Below, one piece after another: positions 1 through 13,287 of a DNA stretch of 64,000 nucleotides. The stretch comes from Paraspadella gotoi (Eukaryota > Animalia > Chaetognatha), in contig CM119266.1 in NCBI GenBank assembly GCA_051294375.1, positions 23,056,350 to 23,120,349 of the forward strand. Reading direction: 5' to 3'. How positions within the stretch are numbered: position 1 is the first letter of the stretch; every line of letters starts with the position of its first letter. A model generated the notes under the pieces. It searched no databases and was not told the DNA's origin. It saw only the letters and a program-made list of their open reading frames with translations. A program made the position numbers and the translations under genes.

Positions 1-729
1 TCTCTGCCATCGTCTGGTTGGCATGGAAACGAGATAAAACATCTCGTAAAATTTATCATTGGCAAACAGAGTATTGAGAATCGTTATGTTACTGTGACCT
101 ACTGTTATATTTATAAGATTGGATCATTCTAAGAGATCACCCAAATTCTTCCGTCTTTTGATGGCACTCTAGTGAAGATGCTTTCATCCTATTCCTAATC
201 TCCAATATTTTATTCCCGCTCGTAAATCAACAAATCCATCCATTATTATCCATCTATATCTTCTCCTTTTCCCTTATTTTCTTTTATCCTTTCTTCTCCT
301 CCTCTTCTACTCCAAACTTTCTCTGCCTTTCCCCCTCCCGGCTCTACACCCTCCAACGAAAAAAATAAAAATAAATCGGAGCTCCGATTCTGTGTTTAGC
401 CTCATTTGCATATCCTGATCGCGCCCGCGCCCTTTTCGCCCTGGCGGATAATATAAAACGCCATAATTCCGACTTGCANNNNNNNNNNNNNNNNNNNNNN
501 NNNNNNNNNNNNNNNNNNNNNNNNNNNNNNNNNNNNNNNNNNNNNNNNNNNNNNNNNNNNNNNNNNNNNNNNNNNNNNNNNNNNNNNNNNNNNNNNNNNN
601 NNNNNNNNNNNNNNNNNNNNNNNNNNNNNNNNNNNNNNNNNNNNNNNNNNNNNNNNNNNNNNNNNNNNNNNNNNNTAGAGAAATGAAATGGAGAGTGTTG
701 GTGTCAAGAGGAAAAACGCTAAGGGATCT

Positions 730-912
730 ATGAAATAGGTACAACCGATATAAAATTATCCAATTATGTAATAAGCTAACTTGCTCCAGACTTTGGAGAG
801 TCTACGGTGGTTTAAGGCCTCCAACACTCTTACAGGATAATGACATGGCAGGTCTCTGCAAGCTCTCTCACAGTATCTTTTATTCATTCTCAGAGTACCT
901 TTCTTCCCTATC
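730..912 (-). mobile_element. Diverged family A copy
   Basis: Aligns by eye with 29380-29580 (GGTGGTTTAAGGCCTCCA.CACTCTTACA.GATAATGACAT.GCAGG...CAGAGTACCT.TCTTCCCTATCAATA). Confidence 0.75.
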
Positions 913-3900
913 AATACTATACTACTTAATAGTAATAAAAACCCGGATAAGAAAGGTAGTAAACAAGGAAAAAGGCATTCACAGATGACAAGGAAATACA
1001 AACATAGAAATGTTATAAGACGAAACGACTGTGGAAAGTTAGGAGGAAGCATATGCAGTATGCACAGACGAAGATAATGAATTAAAAACAAAAAAACTTT
1101 TTTAAATCCAGTTCTCGACAAAAGTTTTATTGCGATTTACTGGAGCGAAAAAGTCATTTACTAAATACTTCCAAAATTCCAACGCCGATTCTTGTCAAAC
1201 TCGATCGGCCATTCAGAGATTTAATAAACTTGAAAACGACTTCTGACCTCGAAATTCGTCGTCGTCGTCATTCCTATCGACTTAACAACGAATCTCGATC
1301 CCCATCGAACCCAATATTTTCCCCATAAACTTCGTCCCAAATTCTCCGTCGCTCCAATTTTGCCTCGAAACTTTGTTCGTCCCCAATTTTTTTTTTCTTT
1401 TTTCTTTTTCAAATCTTTCTTTTTTTTTCTTTTTTTCTCGTAAAACCAAATGCGACAAAATCTCTTCTTTTTTTTCTCTTATTTTCATTCATTATTCATT
1501 TTCTTTCTCCTCCTACTTTTTTTTCCTTTCCCTTTTTTTTCCTTTTTTATTTTCGACTAACATTTTTCGTTCCCCCCATTTTTATCGNNNNNNNNNNNNN
1601 NNNNNNNNNNNNNNNNNNNNNNNNNNNNNNNNNNNNNNNNNNNNNNNNNNNNNNNNNNNNNNNNNNNNNNNNNNNNNNNNNNNNNNNNNNNNNNNNNNNN
1701 NNNNNNNNNNNNNNNNNNNNNNNNNNNNNNNNNNNNNNNNNNNNNNNNNNNNNNNNNNNNNNNNNNNNNNNNNNNNNNNNNNNNNNNNNNNNNNNNNAAA
1801 AAAAAGAAAGAGAAAAAGAAAAGAGGAAAAAGAAAAATAGAAAAAGTGCAAATCTGAATTTATTTGACTTTGATTTTTCCTTCGGAGGCAGTTTGTCCTA
1901 ATTTCACTTTGGCTTCTACGATGAGAATTTGTCGAGACAACCTTTTTTTNNNNNNNNNNNNNNNNNNNNNNNNNNNNNNNNNNNNNNNNNNNNNNNNNNN
2001 NNNNNNNNNNNNNNNNNNNNNNNNNNNNNNNNNNNNNNNNNNNNNNNNNNNNNNNNNNNNNNNNNNNNNNNNNNNNNNNNNNNNNNNNNNNNNNNNNNNN
2101 NNNNNNNNNNNNNNNNNNNNNNNNNNNNNNNNNNNNNNNNNNNNNNNNNNNNNNNNNNNNNNNNNNNNNNNNNNNNNNNNNNNNNNNNNNNNNNNNNNNN
2201 NNNNNNNNNNNNNNNNNNNNNNNNNNNNNNNNNNNNNNNNNNNNNNNNNNNNNNNNNNNNNNNNNNNNNNNNNNNNNNNNNNNNNNNNNNNNNNNNNNNN
2301 NNAAGTCTTTTGAAAGAATAAGGAGACTAAAGGGACTCTGACTACGACGATAACGTTAGGACAACTTCTATGGTTTGTTCCCTTTGAAGAAACCTAGTTT
2401 TTCGAAAATCAGAAATAAGGAAAAATAAGGAAAATTTAAAATTCGGAAAAAAACAACAACAACAAAAAAATGTAATAAAATATTCTTTTAATCATCAGTA
2501 TTCGCAGTATAACTAGTAATATATTTTGACATATAAATTATTTTTTGACAAAGATCCAGTAAAAAACCGAGAAACATATAAATCCATTTGAATCCACGAC
2601 GGAATTCTCACGAAAAAGAATTCGTCAAGGTTCACAACATTTCTGTATTCATTAGTAGAACGAAGGCTATTTTTAAAGTGTTTTTTACAATCGGGTGACA
2701 ACAGCGGAGCCTATTTCTAGTTCCCCTTTCTCTTCACTCCATTTTTCATTTATTTCTGTCCCTTTTCTTTCTTTTTTCTCTCTATCTTTTCTCTCTTTTC
2801 TATTTTCACTTTCTTCCTAGTCCTTTTCTATCCAAACTTTCCCACCTTTTCTTTTTCGTTTGGCTCCTTTTCTTCCTGCCTTTTTCCCCCTCCCCTTTTT
2901 CTTTATATAACCTCNNNNNNNNNNNNNNNNNNNNNNNNNNNNNNNNNNNNNNNNNNNNNNNNNNNNNNNNNNNNNNNNNNNNNNNNNNNNNNNNNNNNNN
3001 NNNNNNNNNNNNNNNNNNNNNNNNNNNNNNNNNNNNNNNNNNNNNNNNNNNNNNNNNNNNNNNNNNNNNNNNNNNNNNNNNNNNNNNNNNNNNNNNNNNN
3101 NNNNNNNNNNNNNNNNNNNNNNNNNNNNNNNNNNNNNNNNNCCGCGTCATAACTTTTTTTTTTCGCCTTCGACGATGGAAAGGAATTCGGGCGGAGATTC
3201 GCTCAGGTTTTATGTCTTTCGCCGCCGAGAATCTATCATCTCGATGAAGAGGCCCTCGTTCCTTTCTTTGTTTGTTTGTTTGTTTGTTTGTTTTTCTGTT
3301 CGTTCTCGTTCGTTCGTTGTTCGTTTGTTCGTCGTCGTTAGTTTTTTTCTGACGTTCGTATGTTTTTACACGATCCTTCCCGTTTGGTTTTTTTTTCTTG
3401 CTGTTTTATGTTATTCGCTCAACAAACATTTTCGTTTGGTGTTTTGCAATTTGGATAGATTCTTTTTTTGTCTTTCACTTTCGGGCTTCTTTGACTTCTG
3501 GGATAATCACAATTTATTCGACTATTTTTTTAAATACTTGATTTTCTTTACCTAAAATCTTCTTGTTCCCATCCTCCTTAATTTTCCCTCTTCTCTCACT
3601 CCCTCTCGCCTCGCTTCCCTCTTTCCCTTTTCTCCTTGAAGGAATATCCGAAGGATTCAGAGTCAAAGGCCAAAATTTTTAGATGAAGGCGATGAAGAAG
3701 AAAGGAAAAGAGAGAAGAAAAAAATAGAAAAAAAAGAAGGAAGAGAAAAGAAAAGAAAAAGAAGAGAAAAAAGGAAAGAAATCGCGAAAATGAGGAAGAG
3801 GCAGTCACGTGATTCAATTGAAGACGCGGAGGGTGGGAGAAAGGAAGGGTTGGGGTGGTGGGAGGGAAGAGAGAGAAAAAGAGATAGAGAGAGAAAGAGA

Positions 3901-4029
3901 GAGGAAGTGAAACGCTGTGCCTTTCCGCAACGGATGCCCCTCATCAGGGTGAGGTGGGTGAAAAGGGTGAGACTAAAATCAGCGGCCTGACCTCATGAAG
4001 GGTGAGGAAGATGAAAGCGAGGCTGAGAA

Positions 4030-4095
<66 letters not shown>

Positions 4096-5095
4096 TAAGA
4101 TAAAGATAGAGAAGCTTGTCAAAGATAAGTAAAGAAACCCAAAGAAACAAAAATTAAAAGTAAAATAAAGAAAGAAAAGAAAGGTCAATGAAAAGTAGGT
4201 GGCAATATTTTGTGAGCATAAGGTTTCTATCCTCATTTTTTCTTTCCTCCTTTTCTTTTCTTTCCTCCCTTTCCCTTTCTTTTCTCCCTCTCCTTTTCTT
4301 TCCTTCCTTTCCTTTTTTCCTTCCTTTAGTTTTTTCCTCCCTTTCTTTTTCTTTCCTCCCTTTCCTTTTTTCCTCCCTTTCCCTCTCTCGCTTTCCTCTC
4401 CTTTTCCCACTAATCTCACTCTCTTACCTTTCCTCCTCCTACCTCCTCAATCTGGATTTTCCTATTTTCTTTTTTATTCCCTTTCCTCCCTCCTCCACTT
4501 CCCCGAGAAAGCGGGACGAGTGGGAGGAATATGTATAAAGCTTTGCTCGCGCCTCCTTCAGTGGCGGANNNNNNNNNNNNNNNNNNNNNNNNNNNNNNNN
4601 NNNNNNNNNNNNNNNNNNNNNNNNNNNNNNNNNNNNNNNNNNNNNNNNNNNNNNNNNNNNNNNNNNNNNNNNNNNNNNNNNNNNNNNNNNNNNNNNNNNN
4701 NNNNNNNNNNNNNNNNNNNNNNNNNNNNNNNNNGAGAGAGAGAGAGAGAGAGACTTCTTAAAGTCCAACAAATACACAGCTAAATAAACAAACCATATAC
4801 CTTAGCTTTCGAGAAGAACGAATTTGAAAATTAAATTTGAAATAGCACATCTAACGTATAAAATATATTAAAAAAACAGAAACGCAAACAATAGCTCCAG
4901 AATTTATAGGTTACTGTGTGAATTTGAGAGAGAAAAAATAATCAAATTGCGCTGACGCAATACATGAGGCAATAAATAAGGGAGAGATGGCGCAATTGGC
5001 GCGAGAAAGAGAGAGAATCAATCATTTTTAGGAATGACATCTGTAGCCGACAATGGGAGAGAATATATGAAGAATAAAAAATATAGAATCAGGAG

Positions 5096-5186
<91 letters not shown>

Positions 5187-5571
5187 AGGAAAGAAAAAAG
5201 AAGATTGCGTGGGGAATAAAAGAAAGAAGACAAGAATAAAAGAAGAGAAGAAAGAAAAAAATCCGAAATTTGAAGGATTGGCTGTTCTTTTGTTGGGCGA
5301 AGATTGATCTCGTGGGCGCCTTTTTATTCGCCGAGATGTAGATGTCGCTCTAAGATCGAAAAAAAAATCTTCGGGTTGCGATAGAGATTTAACTAAACGA
5401 TGGACAATTATAGTTTTAATATTTATAAAACATTTTGGCCAATCCCATTTCGCGAGAAAAGGAAAGAAACTGGAACAAAGCGAAAACGGTCCTTTATATT
5501 CTTAGTCAAAAGAACAAATTATTGCGATGCAAAAACGTAGACGGTAATCAGCATTTGTCGCCTCGACGTCA

Positions 5572-5607
<36 letters not shown>

Positions 5608-8597
5608 TGGTCGACCACTAGATTACCTTGAAAACGCTTCACCATTTTTCCTCATCACGGCGACTCACAAGCCAGTCTACTTTCGTCTCTTACTTCTGCA
5701 ACTCATAATCTCATCTCATCTCGATTCGCTTTTTTCCAACGAGATGTCGTTGTCGTCTCCTGTTCCGATTAGAAGAGTCTGTGACGAGGCTTATGTTATT
5801 GTAATCTTTAACTTGATCTTGTCAATTGTAAAATACAATATCTGCAATGATATCCCTATCTCTTTTATTTTCAAGGATACCTTTTTAAATCTTAAGATTT
5901 AAACCTTTCGTTATTAACCCAAGTCGCCGTCTTCGTCGTTGCCTTCCTCATTTTCGTTGTCGTCGTCGTCGTCGTCGTCCTTTTCGTCGTCGTCGTCGTC
6001 GCACTAAAAAACTTCCGTCCTTCACAGAGAGCAGGAGGCGAGACAGATTGTAGATAGTTTCACGTCTGTGAAAAAAAAAAGAGGACGGCGCCTCCAGTCG
6101 TAGGAGAAATGAGGAGGGGGAGGGGGGAAGAGGGAAGGGGGAAGGGGAAAGGGGGAAAAGGGGGGAGGGCTTGGGAAGGTGGAGTGATGATGGAGGCGGA
6201 AGCGAGAACTAGGGGTAAATGAGAGGAGAAGACTGATTAGAAATTAGGATAATATGGTTAAGCTAAGAAGAAAGAAAAAGATTAGTAGTTTAGTCGCGTA
6301 ATGAAAAGAGAAATAGAATAAAATTAAACGAGAAGAGAAAAAAGCTAGAATTTAGAAATAGAGCGAGTTACAACTAGCTCGATGCTTTCGTAATAAATTC
6401 CTCTGATTATTCCTTCCAGAAAATCCTCGCAAATTCTCCTCCGACGCGGTTGCGAAACTTCGAACCGGAAACGAACGCCCTGAAAGTTCTTCACTATCGC
6501 CCCAAGAAAGAGCGCCACGAAAGCCCTCGCCGCCACAAAAGATCATCAATATGGCCATCGGTCATCGCCCTATAATCTCCCGAGGTCAAAGTTCATCTAC
6601 GGGGAGAGAAAAATTGGGAGTCTTGGCCGCGACCCATGACCCCGCAGCGGCCCGCGCCTTATCCAGACAGGAGCTAAACGCCGAACACTGATCCTCTGTC
6701 ACCTACCTTGTCTTATCTATTGGTTGAGTTTCGACATTTGCTTTTTTAAAGAAATTTATTACCAGGTAAAGACAGAGGCATTTTTTAAAACATCAAATCC
6801 TGTGCTTTCACGTTGCACTGCGTGACATCTTATCGCATCTGTAAAGGAAATCCCAGTAAAAAGCTTAATTAATTAATTAATTAATTATAAAGAAGTCAAA
6901 TCTATTGTAAAATACAGATGGCAAAAAAATTTACAAGGTCTAAAAAAAAAACAAGAAAACCGACGTGGGCTGCTACGAAATTAGCGAAATCAATGATTTT
7001 TAAACATCTGTAACTTTGGCCAAAAACAAAAGGAAGGATTCGTCGAGTAAAAAAGTCGAATAAGAGAAATACATTACATCCGGGCCGAATTACAAAGAAA
7101 TCAAGAAATTCCTGTACAAAATTCGATCCCCTTACTCACTTTGGAGATCCCTTTCCTCCTTCCTCCTTCCTCCTCTTCTCTCTCACCTCTTTCCTTTTTC
7201 CTCCGCCTTGGGAATCCTCTATCCGGTTTACGACCATAACCTCTTTTTTTCTTTCCCGCCCTTTATTTATCGTCTCTCTCTCTCTCTCATCTCTCTCTCG
7301 TCTCTCTCTCCCTCTCCAGTCTCTCTCTCTCTCTCTTTCTTCACTCCTCTCTCTTCACATCTCTCATCCATCTCAATGACACAGACAAACCTTCCGCTTC
7401 TTTCGCTCACCATTTTTCGCCAACCTAACTATGAATCTACTTTCCCACTGCACACTCCGGATCCCTCCGAGGATTAACATTACCAATCAGAGGTTTGCAT
7501 CTCCAATCACTTTGAAATACCACCCAAAAAGTGGTCATAAAAAGTATCATGGAAATTCTTTCACCCCCGACGCAATGACCGGGCCAATCAACACCCCCTG
7601 GGGATTTAAATCCTACCTCAGTCCGGAATCCTCTCCCCGCTCTTTCACTCCCTCGCCACCCCGTCACCTCCCCCACTTCACCCCCTTCACCCCGGTCTCG
7701 TTTCCAGTGGGTGATTTCCATCTCATTTCAATACATTTACATCTTGTTTTCCCTCCGTCGCCGCAGGAGGGAGAANNNNNNNNNNNNNNNNNNNNNNNNN
7801 NNNNNNNNNNNNNNNNNNNNNNNNNNNNNNNNNNNNNNNNNNNNNNNNNNNNNNNNNNNNNNNNNNNNNNNNNNNNNNNNNNNNNNNNNNNNNNNNNNNN
7901 NNNNNNNNNNNNNNNNNNNNNNNNNNNNNNNNNNNNNNNNNNNNNNNNNNNNNNNNNNNNNNNNNNNNNNNNNNNNNNNNNNNNNNNGAGAGAGGCGAAA
8001 CTGGAAAATAAACAGGACATAAAGATAAGTAGGGTTTTTTGGAAAAGAGAAAGCTGGCGCTGAGGGGATCGAAGATGATAAAGAAGATACAGAAGAAAAG
8101 ATAGGGACACAACTTTGTACTTCTTTAAATGTTTTTAAAATTGGTACTTTGGTAAATTGGTCTAATGTTGTTTAGATTATTTTTTTACAAAATAGGCTAG
8201 GATGCTTATTAAGGAAGGAAGGAAGGAACGAGCGAGTTTCTTTTTTGCGATAAGACTTATTCATTTGTTTATTTTTCAATGTAAAATATATTAACTAAAA
8301 TGGTTAAACAAAAAGACGCGATGCGAAATAATAAAATGTGTTATTATTAGGTTGTCCTGCGTCATTATTATTGCTACTAAAACCAATAATTTTATAAAAA
8401 AAAAACAACGTATGGGGAATAAGTAGTTGTAAGTTAGCTCTAAAGTAAAAAAGCAGTACCGAGCCCAACTATTTTCGAGTTTCATTAAAAAGTTTTTTCC
8501 CCCTTTAGACAATACAAAACATTTTAATCATCTTTTTCCAAGGTTTATCTTACAAAAATGTCTAAAAAAGGACGTCTCTACGGAAAGTAAATAAGCC

Positions 8598-9480
8598 TTG
8601 GTGTTTAATTTTAATAACTTTTGGTTAACAATATACAATATCGATGGTAGAGTACTTGATTTTGAATATTTATCCTTGAACGACATAGACCTTTCTATCT
8701 CTTTTTATTTTCTTTATTTATTTCCCTCTCCCTCTCCCTCTCGCTCTCTTCCTCTCTCCGCTTCTTTCTCGCTTTCTTCAGCTCCCTCTCCCTCTCTCTC
8801 TCTCTCTCGTTCCCGGAATTTCTATTGAGACGAAGTCGAGGCTCGAGAAGCAAAGGATGTTGTAGGGACTGCATATCAAATCGAGGTTACGAGGTCGACC
8901 GGTGGAGGGGGGCGAGGGGGGGTGTGGGGTTAGGGAATGAGAAGAGATAGATATAAAAGGAAGGGGTGAAGGAGAAACTCGTGGAAAAGAGCACTTTTTT
9001 ATTTGGAGAAAGCAAATAAGGAGGGGAAGATGAAAATAGAAGACGAACAAACGAACGAACGAAGTACACCTAAAATAAACCAAGTATAGATAAACTATAT
9101 TACTACAATCAACTAGGGAAAAACCAACATTTTTCTAGAAAAATCCTAACGGAGAAAAAGATAAAAAAGATTCGGGTCACTTTGAAAGGTTTTGGAGAAG
9201 AGGGATGAGAGGAGAAGAAAAAGAAAAGAAAAGGTTGAAAAAGAAGAGGACAAAAAAGGGAGGAAAAAGTCAAGGAGAAAAAGTTAACGAGGACGATGGA
9301 AAAGAAAGGAGGAAGGGGGGAGGAAATTAGGGAAGAAGGTGAATGTGTGATACCTCACATCAAAGATTTAAAAAGGGGAGTGTTAAGGAAGAAATTAGAA
9401 AGGAATGAGGGAGCGAGAAGCAAAATAGATATAAGGAAACAAAACTAGCTTCGTCTCTCTCTCTCTCTCTCTTCTCTCTC

Positions 9481-9535
<55 letters not shown>

Positions 9536-9670
9536 CCGGCAGCTCCACGGGGGTGATATCTGATTCAAAGCAAATGAATCTGCAGTCCTCTCGTCGTTAT
9601 ATAAGTCGAGGAGGAGAACGATTTGGAGGGGAAGAAAGTTCGCGGGGGGTTCGGAAAAAAAGCGATAGAG

Positions 9671-9728
<58 letters not shown>

Positions 9729-9870
9729 AGAAGAGGAGAGAGAGAGAAGAGAGAGGAGGAAGGGAACAGAATGCAAGTCGTGTGAGGAATACAGATGAAG
9801 ACGAGAAGTAAGGCGCTTTTCGATGTATAAAGAGATGACGGCAGCGATAAACTCGTCCGCGTCGTTGATG

Positions 9871-9906
<36 letters not shown>

Positions 9907-11818
9907 CGTCGTCTTTTTGGATCGGACGATCGTTGCATGGCAACCGAAAGCGGGTAGATGTTAATCAAAAGTTAGCGACAAAATCGGGAATATATTTGTA
10001 GATGTTTATCGGTGAACATGATGATTTTGAATTTTCTGGTAAATTTTAATACGTAATTAGTTATTTTACGAATTTTTTTTATTCGCCAGAAAACAACCGG
10101 GAAAGTTGAACGACGGCAATTTACATTCTACCTCAATCACACAGCATTGACGTCAACGGTTTTTTTAAATGTTTCAATTAGCTTTAAACTTACGTGTCTC
10201 TCGCTCTAATTCTCAAATTTCACCAATGACCCGTGAATCGACCTCACGAGGTCACTAACGGACGCAACTTCTTCTACGCTCTAACTCACCCAAACGCTCA
10301 CGCTCGAACTCACCCAATCGCTCTAACTCACCCAAACGCTCTCGCTCGAACTCATCTTTTTGTCTATCGTCGTTAGCCATCTCTTCGTACTTCGCTGCGC
10401 CATCTTTTCGCTCACGCTCCCATCTACTCATTCATCTGTAGTCCGCCTTCGTCGGCGCCAATTCTCTAACCCAAGGGCGTTTTTTGCGTCCCTGCAGCAG
10501 CGGCAGAGCAGAGCAGCGGCGGCGCCCTATCGACCCACGGGCGCCCTCGACCTCAGAAAACCACACCTTGGCGCCGCTCGACTTGTTGCTGTTGGGTGAG
10601 GCGGGTTGGGTGTTATAGTTGGTGAGTTTTAGACGAAGCGTTTTGTTTTGGTTTTTGTTCCGGAAAAGAGATTGTTCTTTTAAAAAAATTCTTTGAAATA
10701 ATATAAAACTTCATTAATAGGGAAGCCAGGTATAGGCCAGAATAAACGAGACTGTAAGAAAGTCTCGATTGAAAGCTTGCTGGGACCTGCTATTTCATTG
10801 TCTTATAAGTTTGATGGAGGCCTTAAACTAACAAAGCCTGTCCAAAGTCAAAATGATAGGATAATTTTATATTGGGTGTACAAGTTTCATCCGTTAGAAC
10901 CAAATTCCTATAGTCGATCCCAAAACTTTTTTCATAATATTTTTATATTTTNNNNNNNNNNNNNNNNNNNNNNNNNTTGGTGTTTAATTTTAATAACTTT
11001 TGGTTAACAATATACAATATCGATGGTAGAGTACTTGATTTTGAATATTTATCCTTGAACGACATAGACCTTTCTATCTCTTTTTATTTCTTTATTTATT
11101 TCCTCTCCCTCTCCTCTCGCTCTCTTCGCTCTCTCCGCTTCTTTCTCGCTTCTTCAGCTCCCTCTCCCTCTCTCTCTCTCTCTCGTTCCGGAATTTCTAT
11201 TGAGACGAAGTCGAGGCTCGAGAAGCAAAGGATGTTGTAGGGACTGCATATCAAATCGAGGTTACGAGGTCGACCGGTGGAGGGGGGCGAGGGGGGTGTG
11301 GGGTTAGGGAATGAGAAGAGATAGATATAAAAGGAAGGGGTGAAGGAGAAACTCGTGGAAAAGAGCACTTTTTTATTTGGAGAAAGCAAATAAGGAGGGG
11401 AAGATGAAAATAGAAGACGAACAAACGAACGAACGAAGTACACCTAAAATAAACCAAGTATAGATAAACTATATTACTACAATCAACTAGGGAAAAACCA
11501 ACATTTTTCTAGAAAAATCCTAACGGAGAAAAAGATAAAAAAGATTCGGGTCACTTTGAAAGTTTTGGAGAAGAGGGATGAGAGGAGAAGAAAAAGAAAA
11601 GAAAAGGTTGAAAAAGAAGAGGACAAAAAAGGGAGGAAAAGTCAAGGAGAAAAAGTTAACGAGGACGATGGAAAAGAAAGGAGGAAGGGGGGAGGAAATT
11701 AGGGAAGAAGGTGAATGTGTGATACCTCACATCAAAGATTTAAAAAGGGGAGTGTTAAGGAAGAAATTAGAAGGGAATGAGGGAGCGAGAAGCAAAATAG
11801 ATATAAGGAACAAAAACT

Positions 11819-11885
<67 letters not shown>

Positions 11886-12021
11886 TTCTTCCGCGCAGCT
11901 CCACGGGGGTGATATCTGATCAAATGCAAATGAATCTGCAGTCCTCTCGGTCGTTAATATAAGTCGAGGAGGAGAACGCTTTTGGAGGGGAAGAAAGTTC
12001 GCGGGGGTTCGGAAAAAAAGC

Positions 12022-12109
<88 letters not shown>

Positions 12110-12213
12110 GACAGAATCAAGTCGTTGGAGGAAATACAGATGAAGACGAGAAGTAAGACGCTTTTCGATGTATAAAGAGGACGGCAGCGATAAACTCGTC
12201 CGCGTCGTTGATG

Positions 12214-12246
<33 letters not shown>

Positions 12247-13287
12247 CGTCGTCTTTTTGGATCGGACGATCGTTGCATGGCAACCGAAAGCGGGTAGATG
12301 TTAATCAAAGTTAGCGACAAAATCGGGAATATATTTGTAGAGTTTTATCGGTGAACATGATGATTTTGAATTTTCTGGTAAATTTTAATACGTAATTAGT
12401 TATTTTACGAATTTTTTTTATTCGCCAGAAAACAACCGGGAAAGTTGAACGACGGCAATTTACATTCTATCAATCACACAGCATTGACGTCAACGGTTTT
12501 TTTAAATGTTTCAATTAGCTTTAAACTTACGTGTCTCTCGCTCTAATTCTCAAATTTCACCAATGACCGTGAATCGACCTCACGAGGTCACTAACGGACG
12601 CAACTTCTTCTACGCTCTAACTCACCCAAACGCTCACGCTCGAATCACCCAATCGCTCTAACTCACCCAAACGCTCTCGCTCGAACTCATCTTTTTGTCT
12701 ATCGTCGTTAGCCATCTCTTCGTACTTCGCTGCGCCATCTTTTCGCTCACGCTCCCATCTACTCATTCATCTGTAGTCCGCCTTCGTCGGCGCCAATTCT
12801 CTAACCCAAGGGCGTTTTTTGCGTCCCTGCAGCAGCGGCAGAGCAGAGCAGCGGCGGCGCCCTATCGACCCACGGGCGCCCTCGACCTCAGAAAACCACA
12901 CCTTGGCGCCGCTCGACTTGTTGCTGTTGGGTGAGGCGGGTTGGGTGTTATAGTTGGTGAGTTTTAGACGAAGCGTTTTGTTTTGGTTTTTGTTCCGGAA
13001 AAGAGATTGTTCTTTTAAAAAAATTCTTTGAAATAATATAAAACTTCATTAATAGGGAAGCCAGGTATAGGCCGAGAATAAACGAGACTGTAAGAAAGTC
13101 TCGATTGAAAGCTTGCTGGGACCTGCTATTTCATTGTCTTATAAGTTTGATGGAGGCCTTAAACTAACAAAGCCTGTCCAAGTCAAAATGATAGGATAAT
13201 TTTATATTGGGTGTACAAGTTTCATCCGTTAGAACCAAATTCCTATATTCGATCCCAAAACTTTTTTCATAATATTTTTATATTTTT
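8598..13287 (+). repeat. ~2.35-kb near-identical direct duplication joined by a 25-N gap (probable assembly overlap)
   Basis: 8598-10951 matches 10977-13287; the junction coincides exactly with the gap; differences are mostly small indels and microsatellite lengths. Confidence 0.85.
10718..10889 (+). mobile_element. Family A copy (duplicated at ~13052-13224 within the tandem duplication)
   Basis: ATAGGGAAG.CAGGTA...GAATAAACGAGACTG...GATGGAGGCCTTAAAC..ACAAAGCCTGTCCAAAGTCA. Confidence 0.75.
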
